NCBI GenBank assembly: GCA_023515725.1 | Contig: JALDTO010000081.1 | Location: 1 to 12,085, forward strand | Length of the DNA stretch: 12,085 bases | Direction: 5' to 3' | Source of the DNA: Amoeboaphelidium protococcarum X5 | Taxonomy: Eukaryota; Fungi; Aphelidiomycota | Part shown: piece by piece, positions 1 to 7,751 of the stretch | Layout: the number at the start of each line of letters is the position of its first letter | Numbering within the stretch: the first letter of the stretch is position 1 | Translations under genes and position numbers: made by a program | Notes under the pieces: generated by a model | Seen by the model: the letters and a program-made list of their open reading frames with translations, nothing else | Told to the model about the DNA's origin: nothing | The model's database searches: none

Positions 1-1
1 G

Positions 2-805
2 CATCACAAGCGCGATTTGAACACGGTAACTATTAAGTCCAGGACACTGGTATTTAGGGGCTGGGATCTACTGCTTCTGTCAGTCTATTACGTCTATGAA
101 CAATTATAGGCACACCACCCTGAGTTTATCAGTGTGGATAGGGTGGGAAGGCAGACGTTTGTAACGTTTGCGACTCATCAAGATGCAGCAAACGTGATGC
201 GGCAGCATTAGTGGCAAATGCTGTTCCACGAGCGAGTCACGGCACACTATGCTTTCAATTCCGTCCATATAGACATTAATCAGCAAGCTCGATTCACTGG
301 CCACACCAACGTAAATGTCATGGCTCTAACATATCATACAATGAAAAAAATCTCATCGGAAATTGGAAGCGATTACCTCCGAAGATATTGGAGAGATATC
401 CACCGTCGCTTGAGCCGTCAGTAATACACATTTGGCCAGTAATACGGCGGTGTCTGGTTAGGCGGTCTCGTTGTAGAAGATCCCTCTCCTACTACTGGTC
501 GTGCGCACAGTCCGCGCTTTGTCCGATTTGCCGTGGACAGAGATATGCGCCAGAGAGTAGAAGTTCTCAGGCAATAGCTACCAACTTTCCACAGGGATGA
601 GGTGGCCACTCTAGCCCTCCCTTGGCTATAGGAGTTGGACAGCTAGAGACAGCTTCCGGTCTCCGAGTTGAGAGACTTCCTGAGAGATTATGAGAGGTAG
701 TTGGTTGCGCTATATGGAGGATGCGCAATATACGAAATTTACCACAGAACTTTAAAAATGTGGCTGAGAAGAAGGTTTGAATAATATATGAATAGAAATA
801 GATGA
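2..805 (+). CDS. 5'-partial intronless gene (>=267 aa) with an RRM-like domain followed by an unrecognised, probably helical region
   Basis: Frame 2 has no TGA from the window start to TGA 803-805 when TAA/TAG are read as Gln. Segment about 38-255, SRTLVFRGWD...EFISVDRVGRQTFVTFATHQDAANVMRQHQWQMLFHERVTAHYA, fits the RRM pattern (RNP2-like TLVF, RNP1-like TFVTF, DA helix, terminal V.AHYA strand). The ORF is seen directly; the domain call is by eye. Confidence 0.7.
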
Positions 806-1142
806 ATTTGTTTTATTGAAATAATAATTTCATCATATCATTGTCCCCAGTGGCGTAAGTAGTTTTCAATTCCAAGTACGCACACCACGGTAAAAAAGTT
901 TATCCCAACAATAATCTAGAAACAGGTCGGAAATTTGCTAGTAAAAGTGTCTAATCTAAAATTTTTGGGTACGCTGCGCGTATCCGTGCGAAGCGCTAGA
1001 TACACCACTGATTGTCCCAGTTTGATTTGATAGTTGAAACAACGGCCAGGCTTGCAGCTTTCAGTATTAAATAAGCGTTTAGCGGGAATAGATATCACGT
1101 AAATTTTAAATGAGTAAGAACGCATTTCATTTCTACAGTATG

Positions 1143-2207
1143 TCAATCAAGAACAAGAATTTAATCTTCAAAGTCATCAGCATCGTCTGGTTTTACATCA
1201 ACCAAGGCCTTCCAGATTAAGCGGCCGCGCGAAGAGGTCCTCAATTTAATCTAGACTAGAGACTCAATGAGATTGCTTAGAAATTAAACCACTGGCTAGA
1301 ATCTCGTGGATAATTCAGGCACGTCCGCTTACTTGCAGGTACGCTTAAACTGATCCATGCTCCAGAAGTTGCTCAGTTATTTGAACCGAGCCTTATCCAG
1401 AATACGCATGAACTAAACCAGAAATTCAGCTAGCTCCTTACCCTCGACAAAGCTTACTTTCTGATTTAGCACAGCAGCATCTACTTCCCAGTCGAAATAG
1501 GCGAGGTAGTCGAAACACAGGCTCGCATCAGAGAGGACGTCTAGATTCTCAGAAAATCCGGCCGCAGAGTTCCAAATCAGCACGGTCTTGTTGTTGGCGC
1601 CTTTAGCTTTTCTGGCCGCATCCTTGACGCTTTTCCATTCAGCCAAATTTCTAACATCCTGCGACAGTTTCTTCTTATAGAAAAAAGCCTTGTTATCAGG
1701 GGAAGCAGTAGTCTACAAACCTATCTCTAAGAGCTTGTCCAGCACTTTAAAGTGCTGTAGCTTAGCTTGCTCTTCAGAAGACGCGCTGCAAGGGGAAACT
1801 CTTGAGACAGCGAAGTAGCTATTGTACTTCAGATACTGCTTTTCAATTCCATAGAGTTTAATATCATTGCTGAGACTAAAGCTCTGTGCCCGAGCAGTTG
1901 ATCCGGAGGAGGAGGACGCGAGGAGACTCTTAGCGCGTAATAAGAAGTATTTGCATCCTTGGAAAGTTACAAATAATTTATCATCAGCTTTCTTGGTCTA
2001 TTCCTTCAGCACCTCCGTGATGATATCTTCTAACTAGGATATTGAGCAATATTACTCGTCACCTTTTTTCTCCTTAACCAGTGCCAAGATCTTGTTGCGG
2101 AAATATATAGCCGATAGACCGCTGAAACAATCCACCACTTCATACCCATTTAAAAACTGTTTAGTCAACGCTTTGACATTGTTGTATTCAGCTCGAGAGC
2201 GTTTCAT
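1143..2207 (-). CDS. Intronless 354-aa hypothetical protein; central region resembles a divergent serine recombinase/resolvase catalytic domain
   Basis: ATG 2207 to TGA 1143-1145, 355 codons with no internal TGA; includes track ORF 1413..1646. Motif FAVSRVSP (R136, S138 at 1794-1802), then VLIWNSAAGFSENLD about 75 aa later. The ORF is confident; the function is tentative. Confidence 0.75.
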
Positions 2208-2772
2208 ATTGTTTATAATGAGATTAGAGTTTACGGCGAAATGATGGATTATTTAGAAATACTGTAAGTAAAGACTGAACAGGAATGATCTTTTGACAAT
2301 GGGAAGAGATCATCGCGTATGAGTGACGCGCGATTTATAAATAGACAATTCAGATTAAGACCCAATCCCATCTAATCCTCATTAAAGTTCAGGAGGCGCC
2401 CAATTACTCGTGATATTTAATACCATTACATTTTCAGAATAGAAGTTTTCAAATTTGTTCACTTCATACTCTTCAGTAGTTGTGTATAAGTCATATCTTT
2501 ATGCCACGCCACAACGCCTGACAAGAACTCCTGACTTCAATACTTTGTGCTGAGTTATATAGTAGATAGAATGAAGAATATATTGATTGTCTGTAAAAAT
2601 TACAGGTCATTTAGATAGTGTATCCTATGATTGCCAGGATTGGAGTTTTGCGCTGATTGTTCAAGTGAAAGTCTTTGGGGAGTTAAGCCAAAAGTCCTGA
2701 AAGATATTCATGTCATCAAACGCAAAATCTTAAGCAGAAGAACTGCAACTATTTAGTATATTTACCTTTCAT

Positions 2773-3336
2773 TCAATCGACTTCATGTAAAAAGAGTACC
2801 CAAGGATAATGACTCAGGCGCAGCAAATTTCTGCGTGGTATCTCATGCAATCTGTAAATCCATTTGTCTCTCCTGCGAATAAAGTCTTTAACTGCCGCAT
2901 TTTCCGCCTAGGCCATACTATCACCTTACCCACGGAATGGCCCTATGCGTCGGCCGTATATTAATACACGCAATAAGAATTTGCACGGGGGCCTTTGCTA
3001 GACCGTAAACTGCTCAGACTCAACTTGCATCTCATCTTGCAAGTGGAGTCTTGCAAACATTGGAGTTAAGTCCGCAAAGGTTAGCCGGCCAAACCGTATC
3101 AGGCGCCAGTAAAACCACTCTGGGCTCTTGTCCCAGATTTCCCGATACAGCAAATTTTCGCACTCGCGGAAATCTACATTCCTCACTGTTATATCCGGCT
3201 GCCTTTCCAACTAGAATTGCCCTATGAATCCCGTGGCGGATGCGTTAAAACGTATTGTCGCGTAACAATCCATATCAACCGCACGATTGATCATCTTCAC
3301 GACCTCGGACTTGATATATCTGTTAGTTTCAGCCAT
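2773..3336 (-). CDS. Intronless 187-aa protein with a double-stranded RNA-binding domain (dsRBD)-like fold, possibly two in tandem
   Basis: ATG 3336 (AAAATG context) to TGA 2773-2775, 188 codons; includes track ORF 2998..3210. Residues about 88-154, DLTPMFARLHLQDEMQVESEQFTVQQRPPCKFLLRVLIYGRRIGPFRGQGDSMAQAENAAVKDFIRR, match the alpha-beta-beta-beta-alpha dsRBD signature (F.x.V.I.G ... G.G.S..AE.AA). Confidence 0.7.
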
Positions 3337-3535
3337 TTTAGTTTGTTAGTTTGTAAACGATCAGTGATGCAAAGGTCATCACAGCTATGACTCGCATCAT
3401 CGCTGTCATTTTTGACATCCTCTCCTAAAGAACCTGTAGGTTTCTCAAAGAAGCCATCTGAAAGTGTCGATCAACTTATGTGAATAGTTACCATTTAATA
3501 GTCTTGACACCAACCTATTCCTATTCCTATCCTAA

Positions 3536-3558
3536 GGGGGTGACCAGAAATTACGTAA
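3536..3558 (+). repeat. Left terminal inverted repeat
   Basis: Pairs with 4442-4464 at 21/23 positions. Confidence 0.9.
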
Positions 3559-3719
3559 TTATCTCGAGGGGAGAGGGGTCTAGAATTCCTGAGAAATAGC
3601 GTTACGTGAGATTTTTGTTTCAAGTATGAAACGCGTCTATTGTATCTTTGGATTACCAAGGCGAGTCCGTTTTGCGCTAATCGCCCTCTATCTTTACATT
3701 TTCAGTTTCAAGTCATAGA

Positions 3720-4185
3720 ATGACAATTTAAACATATCTGAAAGCACCTGGAAAGGTGTAAATAATCATCTATGAGAAGCCGACATGTAATTATCATCAT
3801 GCTCAAGATTTCGTTCAGTGCTTAGAATTTTATAATGGTTTTATTCCATCACCTACTCTAATGGCGAAGAAGCATTTTGATTCCATCGTCTAAAACTCTT
3901 CTCTCTTCCAAGTCTAGCTGGCGTCAGGCTGACATATGTATTCCTTCACTCAAAAGTACCTATGAAGAATACTGCTGCCAGAATCCAGGATGTTGCAAAT
4001 ACTACCCTGTAAAGAAGGCTCTGTAGATGAATAGGAAGATTTGTATATTTGGGAAACGGTCAAGAAAGAAGCATCCAATTGCGCGTTCATACGATGATGA
4101 TACATTATAGGACAACTACAATGGCGTAAACGGAAGGTTGGCGGCTTAAGTGGTCCTCGTCAGAAATGGCTACGAGTCTGAGTGA
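3720..4185 (+). pseudogene. Decayed, probably frameshifted coding remnant inside the TIR element (Cys-rich, Zn-finger-like tail)
   Basis: Frame from ATG 3720 (…HAQDFVQCLEFYNGFIPSPTLMAKKHFDS…) stops at TGA 3930-3932. An overlapping +1 frame continues DICIPSLKSTYEEYCCQNPGCCKYYPVKKALQMNRKIC to TGA 4183-4185. No DDE core is visible. Confidence 0.4.
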
Positions 4186-4441
4186 TTGTGATTATATGAG
4201 ACGGCTGTTGGTAATCGAAGATTAGTGTTTAGTGAGCTTTGACGCGTTACACTAGGCAAATGGTAAGCAAAGGCCGAGTGAATGGTAGTTTGTTAATATA
4301 TCCTAATTTTCGACACCGCATTTACATCATTCGATTCAGATTTACGAGATCTATTTAAAAATGCAATAATATTCGTACATATATATCTTGAGCCGAGGTT
4401 GGCACTTAAGGGAGGGGGGTCAATTTTCCTGATTTTCTGCG

Positions 4442-4464
4442 TTAAGTAATTTCTGGTCAGCCCC
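4442..4464 (-). repeat. Right terminal inverted repeat
   Basis: Pairs with 3536-3558 at 21/23 positions; followed by the TAA TSD. Confidence 0.9.
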
Positions 4465-4937
4465 TAAGCACTGGCACATACATTCACCTCTTTTCAGGTT
4501 TAAGCTGGGTAAAACGGATATTGAGGCAATAGTGACATTGATTTGCCATCCAAAAATTATTTAATCAGGGCAGGGTATGAATCTCATCTGTTAAAGTTAC
4601 CAGCCTTATTTTGCACTGGCAGGGAAGAATGCAAAGATATCACTATCTCTCAAGCGTCGCATGTACCCTCTCTCCGTTAACCTCTCTCCGTGAACATGGT
4701 AAGGCATGGCAGGGTAAGTTTTAAAGATGATAATCCATTTATAATTATTTTAAACCAAAATACCGCGTAAGATTCTGAGTTCATAATACATCAATATTAC
4801 TATAATAAAATTTCATAGTGTTTAATAGAAAAGTGACAATAATTTTCCACGTCAAATGTTTGCAGTACAGTAGAGTACATTCCAAAGCGCATCAGTCGCC
4901 TGATTGTCTCTTGACCCTTAACGATAAAACTTTCAAA

Positions 4938-5516
4938 ATGAAGAGGAATAAAGTTTAGTCATCATGTTATAAATCTTATCTGTCAATGATATAAGCTTTT
5001 GATATTTAGAATTAATCTATGACTATGGAATAGTTTAAAAAGTTGTGTGACAGTTTTTATAAGAAGAATCACCTTGCAAAGTCGTTGCCACGGTTTAAGA
5101 ACTGCATGAAGTACTTCTATAATGCATTTCACGACGGGAATTAATTTAAGCTTGGAACTGCATTAGAGAATGAGTTGGGAGTATATGCTGAATAAACTAT
5201 AAGAGCTGGCACAGTACTGAAAGGCCTGATTGGTTTTAGGAATGCGATGGCTGCAGACAAAACTTCAGAAGTTGGCAAGAAGAATCAACGCAATTTTTAT
5301 GTGAATATGGTGGGTGTCAATGATGTATTTGACGGACCAACGTATTTTCTCAACCATAGTTGCCGTCCTAATCTGATATGCTCTTCAATGCCGGGAAAAG
5401 AGTTCAGATTCAAGGCTACACGTAATATTGCTGTCGGAGAAGAACTTACTATTACCTATAGTAAACAATACTTTTTAGGCAACAATTTGAAATGTAAATG
5501 TGAACACTGTCGTTGA
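4938..5516 (+). CDS. Minimal (192 aa) intronless SET-domain lysine methyltransferase, Set9/Suv4-20 (KMT5B/C)-like
   Basis: ATG 4938 (AAAATG) in frame with track ORF 5247..5516 through seven TAA/TAG codons; ends TGA 5514-5516. Motifs LGVYAEQTI.AG, DGPTYFLNHSCRPN, ATRNIAVGEELTITY and post-SET YFLGNNLKCKCEHC parallel Suv4-20 GPAAFINHDCRPN ... FFGENNEFCECYTC. Start could alternatively be 4986. Confidence 0.88.
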
Positions 5517-5561
5517 ATAAATTAAAATAGTATAACACAATCTCCAAGCGTCCGACTTGTT

Positions 5562-5655
5562 ACACGCTTCCGCGTGTTTGACGAAAATCGTTCCGCTCGT
5601 TATTCCGCTCGCGCGCTCGCTCTTTTCCGCCTTGGCATCCAACGGCTGCCGCCGT
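5562..5655. repeat. GC-rich block of short direct repeats and hairpins
   Basis: TTCCGC at 5568, 5591, 5603, 5625 (two extend to TTCCGCTCG). Perfect hairpins ACACGC-TTCC-GCGTGT (5562-5577) and ACGGC-TGCC-GCCGT (5642-5655). Confidence 0.6.
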
Positions 5656-5943
5656 AATATAGTAACAGGGGTCATTGTCGTGCACAAAATTGTTCAATAA
5701 CGCGGGTAGTTTTAAATTTATGCAGTAGAACGGCCTTCAGCATGGCGGAGTGCCTACTTTATGTTAAGAATAGTATAAGAGAGTGAAGTGAATATGAGAT
5801 ATAACAAGTATATTTACAGTTGTTTCAACTCTTATATGATAAAGAGAGAGAGTGAGTGACTGAAACGCGTCAACACGGTTTCAGCTCCACACTTTAAACT
5901 GCGAATAATCTTATCTTGCTTATCATGACAATCATAGTGCCAA

Positions 5944-6945
5944 TCATAATGCAATAATGATCGATATAAGCATTAGCAGCCTGTCTTATTGCCAGCCGTT
6001 GTTCAATTGGGCAATTTTCAGCTCGCGACTATCGTACAAAGAAGATGACCATTATTGTTTATGTACGTTAATTAGCTTAAATAAATTTGGCAGCTTTTAA
6101 AAAATCAAATTTATTGTCCTCGATATGACTTCTGTAGTGATAGTAACTTTCCGAGATTTTTAGATGCTGGCATCGAATTACCAGGTGCCAGCGTACCAGG
6201 TGAAACTCTAAATCAATATTCGATATTAGGGCCGATAGTGAATTGTCAAATCTAATTCTGAAGCCAATTACTTTGGTGCTGATAGATTATCGCTTGAGAC
6301 TGATCGTTTACGAATCCGCGAATACTTCGAATCAAAAAATGAGAATGGTGGTGTTATTAGCTAGTGTACGATGTTTATCAAACTTTACCTGATCTATGAA
6401 AGCTGCAGCGCCTACTCTATAGACTCTTCCAAAAGTGAGTTTTCTAATATGCTCCGCCAATTGTATCTGACGTATACCACGAATCTATGCATGTCCTGTT
6501 AACTGCCGTGATCTAACGGCTGTCAATAACAATAAAGTGTATAATAAACGCGCCATCAAATCATACTCGAATCCAATATGCTTATATTTACGAGTCAAAA
6601 GTCATTAAGAAAGTAAAGGCAGAATAATCTGCGCTCAAACAGTATTCGAGTTGTAAAGTTAAAGGTACTGCGCCCTGTTGAACACAGATCCTACAATGCT
6701 AATTACCTAAAGACGCATCTATGAATATGAATACTTAGTGTTGTTAATACAACAAAAGACAAATCATCCATATCGACCCTGGTCGTCAGGCATTGAGCTG
6801 CACCATACTGTTGTAGTCTCGCCTAGCGACCCCGGTCGTTAAGCATTAACTCACACTATTAAAACAGTGCAAGGCGTGCTCTATTTATAGTAACAAATTG
6901 GATTTTTCTTTTTGTACAGCCCTTACTGGTATTTCGCGTTGCCAT
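5944..6945 (-). CDS. Hypothetical protein, tentative 3-exon model (6945-6855, 6718-6567, 6519-5944; 272 aa)
   Basis: A 192-codon minus frame 6519-5944 has no internal TGA and ends TGA 5944-5946. Candidate introns GTGAGT..TAG (6854-6719) and GTATGA..CAG (6566-6520) join the exons in frame. No family recognised; the 5' exons are uncertain. Confidence 0.45.
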
Positions 6946-7106
6946 GGAAATGAAACTTGAAGCGAAATCTGAAATACCAGTTCGGGAATAGTAGTGTAAT
7001 AATATTAATTGTTGCGAGAAAAGAAAAAGCTTATAAATAGAAATAACTAAAGTAAAAAAAACCACTATGGTAGACTAAACATGTTAATTCCAACATTTAT
7101 AGTAAC

Positions 7107-7598
7107 TCATTAGGATGATGATGATCGCTTAGACTTAGACGCTAGGTACGCAATGAAGAATATGACCATCACAAATATAATCATGTAGAGCGTGTACTTG
7201 GAGTTTTGTGTCTACATAAGCCTTGAGAGACGATTCATAGTGTTCCCCAACACTCCTCTAGTGCGGTCAAAATCTGTCGACATTCCACCCAAGAATCGAT
7301 TCTAATCCTGTACTTCATCTGATATTTTAATAGTCACAGCTTTAAGTGCGTTAACTTTGTTCTCCAATAGAGAGATCTCTGCATCATTCTATCGTTCTTA
7401 TTCATACCTAGCATCAAAATTATTATTATTATTACTATTACTACCGGAACTTAGTGTACTATCACCTCTATTCACCAATTTACTATTTGCAGCTGGATAC
7501 ATAGTTCTACATACAATTGTACCTTATAATAAAATTATGTTGTGAAATTATCATGATTTAATATTTAATATATTTTACCTGTTGTATTTTCCAGACAT
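7107..7598 (-). CDS. BET1: Bet1-type Qc-SNARE (ER-Golgi), 139 aa, exons 7598-7579 and 7506-7107
   Basis: EQERQNDAEISLLENKVNALKAVTIKISDEVQDQNRFLGGMSTDFDRTRGVLGNTMNRL followed by a C-terminal TM helix TLYMIIFVMVIFFIAYLA; ends TGA 7107-7109. The Bet1/Gs15 subfamily pattern is clear. An alternative start is ATG 7502. Confidence 0.9.
7507..7578 (-). other. Probable 72-nt spliceosomal intron of BET1
   Basis: AG|GTAAAA donor at 7578, AT-rich body, TAG acceptor ending at 7507; splicing gives in-frame MSGKYNR-TMYP. Confidence 0.7.
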
Positions 7599-7751
7599 TA
7601 CTCTACAGTAGTTAGCTGATGGACGAAATTACAATTGTCTATCGATAAAACAAAAGTTGGACAAGAATGAAAAGTTTTAACATTAGACGCGTTCGTATCA
7701 CAGCAAATGGTTGTACGATGAAGAAAGTTGTTAAATAACGCTGAAATAAGT

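Larger units (their letters stand above)
3536..4464. mobile_element. Non-autonomous PIF/Harbinger-like DNA transposon (929 bp), 23-bp TIRs, TAA target-site duplication
   Basis: Left end GGGGGTGACCAGAAATTACGTAA (3536-3558) versus reverse complement of right end GGGGCTGACCAGAAATTACTTAA (4442-4464): 21/23 identical. TAA flanks both sides (3533-3535, 4465-4467). A 3-bp TWA TSD and G-rich TIR starts are established PIF/Harbinger hallmarks. Confidence 0.85.

Noticed and set aside
104-609. Track ORFs 104..304, 388..600 and 418..609
   Set aside because: They overlap the long frame-2 RRM gene in other frames and show no motifs.
848-857. CAGTGGCGTA, resembling a hAT TIR start
   Set aside because: No inverted partner or 8-bp TSD found in the window.
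916-1146. Track ORF 916..1146
   Set aside because: Non-ATG start overlapping the stop of the upstream gene, no motifs; probably 3' UTR or intergenic.
2309-3403. Shared ATCATCGC upstream of the two minus-strand island genes (2309 and 3396)
   Set aside because: A single 8-mer in two copies at different distances from the ATG; could be chance.
4569-4715. Short repeats GGCAGGG (x3) and CCTCTCTCCGT (x2) upstream of the SET gene
   Set aside because: Too short and irregular to call an array, CRISPR or element end.
5611-5622. GCGCGCTCGCTC matches part of the AAV Rep-binding element
   Set aside because: A 12-nt low-complexity match with no parvoviral ORF or T-shaped ITR; kept only as part of the repeat block.
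5957-6510. Plus-strand frame open except for one TGA near 6240 (possible selenocysteine or readthrough)
   Set aside because: It mirrors the uninterrupted minus-strand exon, shows no redox motif, and long open frames are common when only one stop codon exists.
7357-7545. Track ORF with poly-Leu, membrane-like
   Set aside because: Antisense of the poly-Asn stretch in BET1.
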